NCBI RefSeq assembly: GCF_022045235.1
Contig: NW_027266271.1
Coordinates: 31,310,001 to 31,374,000 of the forward strand
DNA from: Haliotis cracherodii
Taxonomy: Eukaryota
Direction of reading: 5' to 3'
Length of the DNA stretch: 64,000 bases
The notes below the pieces were generated by a model. It saw only the letters and a program-made list of their open reading frames with translations, searched no databases and was not told the DNA's origin. The translations under genes and the position numbers were made by a program. Of this stretch, positions 51,019-64,000 are shown one piece after another. Each line of letters opens with the position of its first letter. Within the stretch, counting starts at the first letter, position 1.

Positions 51019-52706
51019 GAGTCAGTAACACCTGACACGAGACGGGCGCACAGACGCATGAGACGGGCGCACAGACAGGTTTAGCTTGGGTTTGGACAGG
51101 CGACCCCGAGTCAGGAACACCTGACACGAGACGGGCGCACAGACTCAGCTTGGGTTGGGACAGCGAGCCCTAGTCAGGAACACCTGACATGAGACGGGCG
51201 CACAGACAGGGTTAGCTTGGGTTGCGACAGGCGAGTCCGAGTCAGTAACACCTGACATGAGACGGGCGCACAGACGCATGAGACGGGTGCACAGACTCAG
51301 CTTGGGTCGGGACAGGCGAGCCCGAGTCAGGAACACCTGACACTAGACGGGCGCACGGACGCATGAGAAAGGGCGCACAGACTCAGCTTGGGTCGGGACA
51401 GCGAGCCCGAGTCAGGAACACCTGACATGAGACGGGCGCACAGACCCATGAGACGGGTGCACAGACTCAGCTTGGGTCGGGACAGCCAGCCCGAGTCAGG
51501 AACACCTGACATGAGACGGGCGCACAGACCAATGAGACGGGCGCACAGACTCAGCTTGGGTAGGGACGGGCGATCCCGATTTAGGAACACCTGACATGAG
51601 ACGGGCGCACAGACCCATGAGACGGGCGCACAGACTCAGCCTGGGTTGGGAACACCTGACACTAGACGGGCGCACGGACGCATGAGACGGGGGCACAGAC
51701 TCAGCTTGGGTCGGGACGGGCGATCCCGATTTAGGAACACCTGACATGAGACGGGCGCACAGACGCATGAGACGGGCGCACAGACTCAGCTTGGGTCGGG
51801 ACAGCGAGCCCGAGTCAGGAACACCTGACATGAGACGGGCGCACAGACGCATGAGAAGGGTGCACAGACTCAGCTTGGGTCGGGACAGCGAGCCCGAGTC
51901 AGGAACACCTGACATGAGACGGGCGCACAGACCCATGAGACGGGTGCACAGACTCAGCTTGGGTCGGGACAGCCAGCCCGAGTCAGGAACACCTGACATG
52001 AGACGGGCGCACAGACCAATGAGACGGGCGCACAGACTCAGCTTGGGTAGGGACGGGCGATCCCGATTTAGGAACACCTGACATGAGACGGGCGCACAGA
52101 CCCATGAGACGGGCGCACAGACTCAGCCTGGGTTGGGAACACCTGACACTAGACGGGCGCACGGACGCATGAGACGGGCGCACAGACTCAGCTTGGGTCG
52201 GGACGGGCGATCCCGATTTAGGAACACCTGACATGAGACGGGCGCACAGACGCATGAGACGGGCGCACAGACTCAGCTTGGGTCGGGACAGCGAGCCCGA
52301 GTCAGGAACACCTGACATGAGACGGGCGCACAGACGCATGAGAAGGGTGCACAGACTCAGCTTGGTTCGGGACAGCGAGCCCGAGTCAGGAACACCTGAC
52401 ACGAGACGGGCGCACAGACGCATGAGACGGGTGCACAGACTCAGCTTGGGTCGGAACAGCGAGCCCGAGTCAGGAACACCTGACACGAGACGGGCGCACA
52501 GACGCATGAGACGGGCGCACAGACGCATGAGACGGGCGCACAGACTCAGCCTGGGTTGGGAACACCTGACACTAGACGGGCGCACGGACGCATGAGAAAG
52601 GGCGCACAGACTCAGCTTGGGTCGGGACAGCGAGCCCGAGTCAGGAACACCTGACACGAGACGGGCGCACAGACCCATGAGACGGGCGCACAGACTCAGC
52701 TTGGGT
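51019..52706. repeat. GC-rich ~84-bp satellite with 21-bp subrepeat and 487-bp higher-order repeat
   Basis: Unit GAGTCAGGAACACCTGAC-ATGAGACGGGCGCACAGAC(x2)-TCAGCTTGGGTCGGGACAGCGAGCCC. Identical ORF starts lie 487 bp apart. Confidence 0.95.
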
Positions 52707-53399
52707 AGCGCACGATGCAAGACTGTAATCCCAGCTCCACTGAGGGCGGACGCGCCGACTCGGCTTGTGTTGAGACAGGGGGACATCGCCTCAACGAATG
52801 GGGGTGGCCCATTGTTTGAAAACCATTTTCGACGTCGTCCATGTTCGACTCCTCAAATGCAATGCTTGTACCAACGCCGTCAACAGAAAGGCACCGCTTG
52901 GTGCATATCGCCGATACGAAACTGCCGCAGTGTCCCAGGGTGTTCTAAATCCATTTCATACCTCGACCCTGTTCCAAACCACAATGGTTTACTTTCACCA
53001 GCGCCGTCAAAAGTTAGGCATCGCTTTTGAGACATCGCCGCTACGAAATTTGCTAGTGCCGAGGTGTCCCAGGGTGTCCTTAACCCATTCCTGAGCGTAA
53101 TGAAAGAAAACTGCTGTTTTTTTCCACGGAATATATATATGGGTAATGAATGAAACACTTCCCTCATTCTTGTTAGATACCATGTTTTAAAAAAAAATAA
53201 TCGTGAACTTCCGCAGGGTCTGATTCCATACAAAATTTTAATTGTTTCGTACAAAGGTAGCTGATGATATATATAAAACTCCAATTCCATTCTGGTCCCC
53301 TTCCGCTCTCCGTCAAAGTGGGTGAGTCTCACAGGGATGTTGCGGTAGTTTTCTGATGTGCATAGAGGTACATTGATCAACTGAGAAAACAGTTTGATT

Positions 53400-53568
53400 T
53401 AAACATAATTATTTATTCACAAGGAGTGAACGGGATTGGGGGACAAGTTCTTCAAACTTAGAATGCCCTCTCCCTGGTATTTACAAAAAATGTCACAATT
53501 TTAATTCAATATATATGGATACAACACTATAGATGAGAGATAGATAGAGAGAGAGAGGGAGAGAGAGT

Positions 53569-53604
<36 letters not shown>

Positions 53605-54240
53605 TATATATATAAATATATATATATAAATTGTTGAATGAACAGTTCTTTACACAAATCTTTTAGTTGTGCATATATAATGTTGTACTGCCTTAAATAT
53701 AGCTTCATTTTCTGTAACCACGTGATCTGCATTGTCGTATAACAGTAAGTGTACACCAACAGGTATGTTATGAACAATATTTTTAAGCCTGCTTAACATA
53801 ATTTCACGCTGATGACTAAACAATGTACATTCCATGAGATAGTGATACGCATTTTCACATGTATTCGAAAATGTACAGTTTTGGTGATCTTTTATACCAA
53901 TTCTATATAAATCATAATTCAATTGACTGCACATGTATCTCAGTTTTGTGTGTAAGATATTATATTTTCTTTTTCCATAAGCGAAGTACGCAGGTGACGT
54001 GGGGTGGTGCTTTTGTAACGAAGTTTTAAAACAAGAAATCGTAGAATTTCGATCTGATAACGGAACAGAGTTCCACAATCGGATAGACGATGGGTAAAAA
54101 GGACTCACACGAATGTCTTAGTCTTGTGAGAGGAACACTGATGTTTTCAGAGTTTCTGAGACTGTATGAGTTTTTTGCAACAACGGTTTTGGGTAGAATA
54201 TCTGTTAGATAGGAAAATACAGTTTCATTATTAAACATAC
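53400..54240 (-). mobile_element. CR1-like LINE 3' fragment
   Basis: FYPSSIRLWNS...HTKLRYMCSQLNYDL...ENAYHYLMEC. Confidence 0.8.
53534..53628. repeat. (GA)n + (TA)n compound microsatellite
   Basis: Directly visible. Confidence 0.95.
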
Positions 54241-54387
54241 TCACTCAATACAAGTCGGAGAGTCGTGTAATATTGAGGACCTAGTGTGCCAAGAATCCCC
54301 AAAGGGTCTATGTAATAAATGTACGTATGGTGTCACTATAAGCTGTCAACCGATCTCGAGGGGTACTTCATAGTTAAACATACTCAC

Positions 54388-54454
54388 TCAGTATAAGACA
54401 AACACAGCAAGCTAATGCTAGTACTGCACAACACAACCCACAGGAGGCCGCCAT
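54388..54454 (-). CDS. Duplicated or alternative signal-peptide exon, distal copy
   Basis: MAASCGLCCAVLALACCVCLIL+A|GTGAGT. 67 nt, intact; flanks are homologous to 47266-47950. Confidence 0.7.
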
Positions 54455-55399
54455 GATAGATTAAAGGGAAGTGAATCAAATGTTTCCCAATGTTTCCTGT
54501 TAACTCCATATATGATGTATGTTAGCTATATGAAAACTGTTTTGTGTTTGATATGTGGTGACAGCTCCGCCCTTTTCCCCATGAGGAAAGGGCAGCTCTG
54601 AGTGAACTACAGAGTCATGTCAAAGTCATGTCATGTGGTTTAGCGATACGCAACACATTTGACAATACTTCATAGTAGTTCATAGAAATATATTCTTGGT
54701 GTGTGTTGGGAGCTGACTGTCACGTATCTGAAATAACATTGAATAATCCTCTATGTCGGGGGTAAACTATAACTGATCCGTTAGATAACGGGGCGTCATC
54801 ACATCTTTCTGAAAGCAACATATTGTTGAAAAAGTTTAAAACGTTTTATAGATGCGACACAACTACAACTTAAAAGGGGAGCCTTATCATACAGTCGGAA
54901 TCTCACAATGGACCTGGTATCATTACTATTTGATCGTGGTTCATGATACATGCTCATGATATAGTCGGAATCGTACAATCGACTTTGCTTTTGACAGATT
55001 TCTAACGAATATGGAAATATTTTTTTCGCCCTAATTAAAAGGGTGTGAAAAACGTTTTGGTGAAAAGTCTTCACATTTTTGGAGTATCTTTGCTGAAGTT
55101 TTGATTAAACCTTAGCTCAATGAGGATATAAGCGGTTATCATATTTAACATATGTTCTGTAACATTATAATTTGTTTAATTTGGTAGTAACCCTTTAAAA
55201 CAGATGGTCTTTTGTATATAGATTATACCAACAATAATAATAAGGCTCTCAATGCGGACTGTTCTTTACATAACAATAACCGTACCGTGTATGCTGCTGC
55301 TGGAACGAACACCGGAGGAACTCCATACAGTTTCCAAAGTCAATGAACCAAACAAGGTGATATAAACAAAATCACCAAAAGAAAACCCGGTTCAAAATA

Positions 55400-55483
55400 C
55401 AGTAAACTACGTTTATAACGAACACGCTTATAACGAACTAAAATTAGTGGTCCCTTTGAGTACGTTATAACCGTAGTTTACTG
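55400..55483. mobile_element. 84-bp pogo/Tigger-type MITE
   Basis: TA|CAGTAAACTACGTTTATAACG ... CGTTATAACCGTAGTTTACTG|TA. Confidence 0.8.
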
Positions 55484-56349
55484 TAAAGCTAAATGAAACA
55501 AGGAAATATATATCCTGGATAGAAGTTTGCTTGAAATTACGTTCCTCAGGGCAATCATTGTCAAAACGTTAAAAATCTTTTTGGAAAAAGTGTATCAGTA
55601 AAAGCAAAAGGCAACAAAAGAGAAATTTCAAACTCAAACTCTGGATTCCTTGGAGGAAATGTTAAAGGTTTGGCTAGGAAGAAAAAGAAAGTGGGACAAG
55701 AAAACTAATTTCATTTAATAAACTGTAATAATAGTAGTGTTCAAAATTAATGAAAAACAGTTTTACAGGTAATTTAATGCAACCATGGAAGTAATGGCAA
55801 AAGATTCCAGTGAAAGGTTTCGGAAACAGACGTGGTCTATACCCAGCAACTGTAAGCAACAGAAGCATATCTGGTGTTGCTAATAGGATGAAACAAGAAA
55901 TTCAGGGTGTTGACACCCCAGCACTAAGAATCATATCGCTTACATTTACAAGTTATAATGGGAGGGCGTGGTTTGATTAACGTGAAGGCTCTTCGTGATA
56001 GAATTGTATTTAGCACTTTATCACACATGTATTTGTCTGATGATCCTCTTGTGAAGCATGTCAAGACGAGCCAAGTGGAATTAAATAAGAAATGGATTTA
56101 GAATGGGTTAATACTAAAACAAGGAATAGCATAAATTAGTAATTGAAGCCCTGGTAAACTATCTCCAAACTGCCCATGGAGGCCACTTAAACAGCTATCA
56201 TATGACAGCCTCCCTAAATTTAGGAACTAAATTTTAAACTAAATAAAGATAATGTTCATGTTTTACAATAAATCAAAGTTCACGATTTCTTCAACCTGAA
56301 AGAAACACATTTGAAACAAAACATAGAATAAATAGATAAGTCAAAATGT

Positions 56350-59260
56350 CAATAATGTCATAAATTGTCAAGTCGTTCAGGCACATTGTCATATTCATAT
56401 TGTGGCAACTTGATCAGTTTTGTCTCAGGTCGGAGAATCTTATTGTCATTGGTTTTCACTTTAACTGATCGCACTCTACCGTCGGACCCTGCATAGGTCT
56501 CTATCACATGTCACTGTGAGTGTGAAGAGGGTCAATGATTAGCACAATATCGTCAGTGTGTACATTACGTCGTCAGTCCGTCCATTTCACACGTGGCTGG
56601 AGATTTGGCAAGTACTAATGGATGAATTTCCCCCAGAAGTGATCTGTTAGTACTTGACTTTGACGAAATTGTTTCTTTGCTAGTCTGTCTTAATTCAGGT
56701 AGACAACCTGAGGAAGTGCTGGATCTGATCTCCCGATCAGCAAGGTGTATGAAGTTACAGCATCGGTATCGGAGACGTCAGATGAGGTGTATCCCAGAGG
56801 TTTGGAGTTGAGGATAGATTCTACGTCAGTCATGACAGTTCTCAGGACGGATTCACAGATGAATTCCGTTCATGGTGTACTGCATAGGCCATACTTGATT
56901 GATTGAATTTCCCGTTCCCCTAATTCACCAAAGTGAGGGGCCAATGGCGGATTGAATTGGAATCGGATATGGTTGTTTGTGAGTTTTTCTTCAGTTCAGA
57001 GTTCATTTTAGCCACCTTTGAAGCGTGTGCCACAATCTGGCAACAGTTCATAGGGACAACCCTTCCTGGAGACGAATCTGCGAAGGGCCATTAGGAATGA
57101 GTCCGTGTCCAGACTGTCAATGTGGACGCCTCGGGTTGCCATGCATTTGAAGATGATTCCAAACCTTTTCTCTCTGCGTCGGCCAATCATAATGTACAAA
57201 GGCCAAAAGCAATATATATTCCAGTCGAATAGAAGGGTGATTTGAACGGTCTTTTTCGAGCCTCGATTTATTTGCTCTCCATTTCTGACAATCATGGAAT
57301 TATCTCTGGTGTTTTATTAACAGCTTCACGGCCTCGAAGAATCCAGATGTTCCTTCTTATTTCACTGTGAAGTCTTTTAGCAGTGATGGAGGTCAGAGTC
57401 ATTTTTCCTTATGAGGAGCTTTGTAACATTATAACTTGGATCTAGCACGATGGGATGTTTCACATTGATTGACAGTTCATCACATCTTCTCAGTCTACCA
57501 TCAACACGTATGCCGTGATGGTCTTTATCATACTGTGGACTCAGTTGCGAGGGGCTGCCGTTAGATGTTATTCTCATACCTGGATATCTGGAAAGCATTC
57601 ATCCTGAACTTGGCGATACAGTTGCAGTTCAGCTTTCTCAAAATCGGTACATTGCTAGTATTGATTGTGGCATCAAGGATTTTTTCTCATGATTAATGTA
57701 GAGCTGTATGGCACTCAGTAAGTGTTTGAATTTCAGCTACCAGAGTTCCCACAAATACTTTGTAGCGACATGATTGGGACGTCAACCATGCTAGGACAGT
57801 CGTTGAGTCACTCAACATGATCACTTTGCGAATGTCAGTGGTCATTTCACTGGTGCGCGTGTTGGCAAGCTGGGCTCCTGTTAGAGCAGCTAATATTGAG
57901 AGGACTTCCTTAGGAGCTACTCCGCTTCGTGATGCAACAAAGGAGACATGAGATGATCCATCTTTGGTCTCTGACTTGAGGTATTCAAAAGAACCATATA
58001 CCTTTTCTGATGCATCACAGAAAATATGTCTGTCTCTGATTGACTGGTTCAGGTGGACCAATGCATCTTGGAAGTGAGACATGGTTCAGTTTCTGTTCAG
58101 ATTCCCACAAATGCCATTCTGTGAGAAGTGGCATGTTGGCGGAATCTCAAAAACACCCCAAGTAAGGATGCACCTCGTGTCGGTTCTGGAAGCAATTGCT
58201 TGTTCAGTGAAAGTTTCTGATTTTCGTATGAGCCATTGAATTCCAGTTTGTGTTTAGCATTCTGTATTGTGGGATAACATGCTTTGGGATAAACCAGGAC
58301 TCTGGTGTTGAAGATGCTTCTTCTCCACTTATCACTTTGACATATCCCTTGATCAACGAGTTCTTGAATGTTCTCATTGTCATGGTAGCTGTGACAACTG
58401 CTTACTGAGTCTTCTCCAAGTTCTTCTCATGTTCTCTCGCAAATACCCTTTACCTGCTTTGAGTACAGTCTTGTCAGGTTTTCTGAGAAGAGGTGTGGCA
58501 AAGTGGATCTCACTATCAACTGTCATTTTGACGGTTTTGTTCTCAAGGGTTTTGAAGGCAAAATTGTCTAGCTTGGATCGAGCCACCTGTTTTGTGGTGT
58601 ATGGCAAGATATCAATCTTCCATAGCCTCTCAACATCATCAGTGATCTGGAGTTGAGGTTAGTTTAATGTTCGAGTCAGGAACCAGTGTTGCTTTCTGTT
58701 AGGTTCAAAGGCACATGGTCCCTGTAGAGGCCACCCAAGTCGTGTGTAGATGGCCACTGAGGTTCCTTGAGGTCCAGCTGTAACTGGTCGCAAGAGCAAT
58801 ATCAAGCAAGCATTATCTGATCCTATCAAGATAAGAGGCTTGGCATCACTGATGTCTAGTAGAGGCAGGTTCTGTAGGTGCGGATACATTTCCTGAATGT
58901 CTTTGCCAGGATATGTATAGTTGGGTAAGTTCATTTGTTCAAAGGTGAACACATTATTCATACTTTGTGTCTGGATCAAAGGATGATGAAATAGACCGGT
59001 CCACTTTATGACCATTGCAAGGAAAAGGTTCAGATTGGATCGTTGTCAACAAAATTGAGTCAGGTTTCATTGACAGTTCAAGGTCATTCACCGCAGATGA
59101 CAAGATCATGATTCACATGGACCCAACATCTAGCTAGGCAAAAGTTTCAATGTCCCAATACGCCATGTAATAATACAGGAACAATTTTCAACATCACATA
59201 GTTGTGATTGTCAAGATAGAATGAAGGTGTCTTCTTCACAGTGTTATTGTTCAGTTCATG
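56350..59260 (-). mobile_element. BEL/Pao LTR retrotransposon pol relic
   Basis: Protease-like region; HIFCDASEKVYG...SDSTTVLAWL (Pao RNase H); integrase FKCMATRGVHI..LDTDSFLMALRRFVSRKG; many frameshifts. Confidence 0.9.
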
Positions 59261-62200
59261 GACAGCAAGAAGTATGGTTCAATGCATCAAGGAATATATT
59301 CGTAGTTTGATACAGAAAAGATGGGACATCCAGGTTGGTAGAAATGAACTTCATGAATGTAAACCCAAATTGGTTACACCTACTTGGGTTGCCACTCCAG
59401 ACATGACGAAGTTGTTCTGTGAAGCCATGAATATGCTTTGAAAGGTGAGGATCCTCCGTTTTGTGTCCCTTGGAGTGAGAGAATTACAGTCAAGCATATT
59501 TTGTTTGATTGCACAGACGTTTTTCTCACAAGCTAGGGGATACCTATTATCATTCAACGTCTGTAAAGGGTCTTTTTATAAGTGTCAATTCTCGTTTAAT
59601 TCTCGATGTTTTAAAAGAAATAATTGTTTTAAATTAGTGTGATGTCATTAAAAACTAAGATTATTGAAGGCTGTGCCTCTCAGGGGGTTAAAGTAGTGTA
59701 ACATTATTGTTCCCCCGACAGTGGCATGTGAGTCCATCTATATTGAAGTTATAATATCAACTAGTGTTTTAATGTATTGATTGTGCTTCTATTTGTTTAA
59801 TATTGGTTTGCATTACATACAACCACTGGTGACCAAAGTGATGGCATAAATCCTGCCGGGAATCATGCAGGAAGCAGAAGCACTGTAAGTTGGGTGGTCT
59901 AGCTTTGGTTGCTGGTTGTCTGTAGCCTGGTCGTACGTTATATGAACTAATCTACTGAAAACATCTTTGTTTTATATCTAAACTATGATATTTACATAAT
60001 AATTTACTGTTTTACTGTCCTTCGTCGACAGATCTTTAAAAATGATAACTACCTTGTTCTCATCGCGATATGGTTGCAATATTGCCGATGCGATGTAAAA
60101 TTTTAACTCACTCACTATACATGTTGATTTGTGCAAGACAAGGGACACAATGCAAGTTGATCATACATAAATATTCAGGTCAAAAAGAATATTTAATGTT
60201 ATTATTATAGCAGGAATATTTTACAAATTGGTGTTTACATGTATTTATCAAATGTACCTGCGATCCATTCACAGCGTAGCCTTATAGTATACACTGTACA
60301 TGTATGGAGAGTATTGTCATTGACTGCAACGCATTGGTTGCGTGATGGTCCTATAAACAGAAGTCTCATACCCCGTGGATTATTCGAGAATTATTTAAAA
60401 CTGATCCGCGGAATATCCACGGATTATTCGCAATTTAACTGCAGAACACGATAACAATCATTTGCGTTGTAGTAGATATATATAGGCTTCTTAATGTTGA
60501 GGTTAAGGTTAGTTGAGATGTGAAACCACAATTTACGACTGGGACCTTCGGTTTCATTCCTTTTTGGTCCTCGGCCTCATATAGGATACCTGGGTTAAGC
60601 CAGGTTCACACAGTGCCGATTATGGCTCCCTTTTGAGATCAGACAACGCTACGACACGAAAAGTGAAAAAGTCGAATTACTATCCTCAGTGATCTGGAAT
60701 ATTCTATAATTGTCTGAACCCAGTCGTATACGTTCGTAACAGAGTCCTACGGATCGGGAAAGGTCCAGGGAGGTCAGCTGAGCACTCCCGACAGCATGGT
60801 GCGTCCCGTAACATTCGGGAAACTCAGCCGATTTTGTTTGGTCGGATTACGATCGTGACTATGTCGTGACAGATTCTGCTGTATCGGATCAAAATCGTAA
60901 CAACGTCCTGTGTTGTCTGGACGGTGTCCTGTGGATCGGGACGCTGTCGTGATGAACGGGCCTGAATTGTGCATTACCGTTTCTTGTCGATTGTTGTCCA
61001 GATTGCGTCCAGATCTTACTGAATGCGAACCGGTTGTTTGTCGGTTCACTGTCCGGTCACTGTCTGATCTCTGTCGGATCGCATTCGGGAGATTTGGTCG
61101 TTTTTAACCATGCGGAAGATACAAATCGGATCAGATTCTGATTGAGAACGGGAGAATCTGGACGACTTCGGCTGGAAACGGTTGAATCGGACGCTTCCTG
61201 AACAATATATGATTGTTGTCGTGACTGAGCCCTAATAAAGCAGTATTGTTTACTTATTGTGTACACTTACGAATTCCTGTGTCTCAACATTCCGCAATGA
61301 ACACAGAAATGAACTTTCGCAGGTAAGTCAGGAAGTAACTTTCACAAGAGGCGCGTGTGTGACATTTGTATTGTATCACGCTAACGGTGATCACAGGTTG
61401 AGTTAATGGTGTGTCCAGTTGTGTTTGTTGGTATTCGTGGTGGGAAACAATGAAGTGTTCCTCCCGCATCATTTTTTCTGAAAAGCACACTATACTTTAT
61501 TAGTGTATAGCCATTACGGTGTTTTTTTGGCTAACAACTGCGAAAGAATTTCCGAACTATTTCATTTCCTTTATTATTTAAAGTGCACCACGGCCATTCA
61601 AACATGATGTGCATCTGCTTGATCAAATATAGATGAAATGGGCCACTCGTGTTTCTCCAGTCGATGGTGCAAGTTGATGCAAAAGAAACGTTATTATTCA
61701 TTTAAACATTTGGCGTACATTCATTGTCTACGATAAATTAAGGTATGCATTTCTTTATGAACCTTTAGTTTCTACTTCTTGTTAAATTATAAATGGTAAC
61801 CTATAGAAATGAGAGGTCTTTTGATTCGCCGAGACGAAATCGGGAAATGTTCCTACGCGGGCTGCAATCTCTGTTTTGGTTGACAAACACTCCAACGTCT
61901 AGAAAAACGTTCAAACATCTTCAAATGGTGGAAATTGGAAGAACTGCAAATGTCCGCACATTAATCACGTGTTTACTCGCTAATGGGAAAGGACAAAGGT
62001 GAGTAAATGAAGTTCAAGGTCGAAATCTTCACATTTCACCTCAACGTTATTCATACATCTCAAAATAAAGTTCTTACAGTGCTAATGAATAATGTTTCAC
62101 CGTAAGTGTTTAACGCCGCACTTAGTAATGTCCAAGCTACATTGGTAAGACAGCCGTCTGTTACTAATCGAGTCTGGACCTGACAGTCAATTGAGTGATA

Positions 62201-64000
62201 CCATAAAGTAGTAGCATATCTTGATAATTAAGAAAAACAATATGTAAAGCTCTTGCATTAGGCCACTCTGATCAGACTTCTGAATAAGGGCATTTGTTTA
62301 CAAACATGAGAATAGCCCGGTCACGTGATTTGCAGTGTTGTAATGCCAAGTCATCACTGCGCTGGAATGTGACGTTTTCACAGACATTATTGAGATTTCT
62401 GCACAAAATTGTCTCAAAGGATTACCGTCTTCAATTTGTCAAAAGCCGATTTCCCATCACATCAGGACATTAAACATGTTGCGTTTACGGACCTCACTAA
62501 ATTGTCATTGTACTTGTTTAAAGTAACAATACCAGTACTTTATCGGTATTTTTTCCTTTTATCAATATTTATCTAGAACCTGCGTTTGTGTTTCCTTCAA
62601 CAAACGACTCCCGTTAGATATTATAAGTTGTAGCAGGATCACGAGGGGTAGATGGGGTGTTATGTGTCCCGTGTTGCGTTATAGCTTGAATATTGCTGAG
62701 TGTGGCGTTAAACAAAACACAAGCAAAGCATTCTGTCAGGCCGCCATCGACGTTCTAATTTAACTGAAAAGTGTTACATAACCAACGATTTCAGAACATG
62801 TTTTTACATGGCAATTCCATTTTGTGAAACAGACCTGCAACCTCACATATCGTCTCAGTCTTGTAAGCCAATGTTTCCCACTGAGCCACCGGGGCAGGTC
62901 ATGAAAGGATGGTCAATCTTACTGAGGTCAATTGTTTGCATGCTGCACGTGGTCTTTCTCTCACCCTTTGTGTTCGAATTCGTTTTTTACCGCGACTTCT
63001 GTATTGTTTCACTACAAAATATCTCAATGGTTTTTTTTTACAGAATAGAATCCGACCACGGCAATATCGGACACGTCCATTTTATGAACAGGTGGTGGGG
63101 GAGGGGGAGGGGGATTAAATTTGATCTTTCCCGCATATTCTTACTATTTTCACGTCGATTATCTGTACTTTTCTCCTAATACTGACTGTCATATCTCTCC
63201 CACTTTTGGAAGCGATCGTTCGGTCGTTGCGTTTATCTACGCTGCCCAGCTACATCTATGAGGAACAAATCACCAGACACTGCCCTCTAAATAATAACGT
63301 CGTCCAATTTTCGACGTCATCAAGTTGCGAGCGCATGTTCGGATCTCCAGAAATGAGGCCATGATCGAACAATGTTTCATTGTGAAATAAACCATGCTTC
63401 GTTCTTCATTGCTCTTTGCGATTTATCGGATAACTATCTTATATATCCCGATAAAGTGCTGGAAACAGTTCTCCCGCTTTACATGTGCTCGAGTTACACG
63501 CACTGTACCCTGCAGATCGTACAAACTCCAACACTGCACGATGTCATACACCCCGTACGGTTCGTACAGTCAAGTGTTTGTTGTTTGTCGTCCTGATATT
63601 TACAAGTTTCGCGAAGTTCGAGAGTTTCACGGCTCTTACAACTATATATTTTACAGTACTTTATCTACATGTAAACGTGCTCTACCTCACCAAACTAGTG
63701 ACCACCCATTGGACGACATTGTCTGCTCATAAGATCAGAGATAACTGAAACATAAGTTAAACCTCTTGGCCAAATTCGCTTGTATTGATTATGCCAATCC
63801 GAGCCTAAATTCTGCTTCAAATATCATAAAGAACCGACAAACAGTATCAGGTGGTCGGACTCGCTGAGTTGATGCGTGTCATCGTATCTCAAATGTGCAG
63901 ATCGATGCTCATGACGTCAGTCGGGGGCACGGGTGGACCAATCGTCGAGATGCCGTGATTCGCTGTGCAGTGTTGCGTCCCTTGGGCACGCCAGAAACCT

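Noticed and set aside
51145-52786. Arg/Leu-rich repetitive ORFs
   Set aside because: Translations of the satellite; units shift frame.
60595-61300. Possible Harbinger-like transposon end
   Set aside because: No matching second TIR or transposase found in the window.

Overview
Eukaryotic, AT-rich and repeat-dense genomic DNA. It is probably molluscan, possibly abalone-like, which I infer only from the SINE, Penelope and Tc1 repertoire and the gene type. The main feature is a multi-exon gene on the minus strand (about 10267-47705). I traced 26 exons by hand; splice phases agree at every junction except one (15107 to 12913). It encodes a receptor protein tyrosine phosphatase of about 1,090+ aa: signal peptide, EGF, F-type (fuco)lectin domain, 5 EGF-like repeats, TM, intact PTP D1 (WPD, HCSAGIGRTG, Q-loop), a degenerate D2, and a C-terminal YANI. 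The same 67-nt leader exon occurs three times (104-170, 47639-47705, 54388-54454), pointing to a tandem receptor cluster and duplicated first exons. The rest is Tc1/mariner elements, a BEL/Pao relic, LINE and Penelope fragments, many tRNA-SINEs, two large minisatellites, an exon-derived 97-bp tandem repeat, and unrelated long hairpin elements that share tandem G-A mismatches. An N gap at 9004-9104 limits what can be said about adjacency. Most ORFs in the supplied track are spurious. All coordinates were counted by hand; repeat boundaries are approximate.
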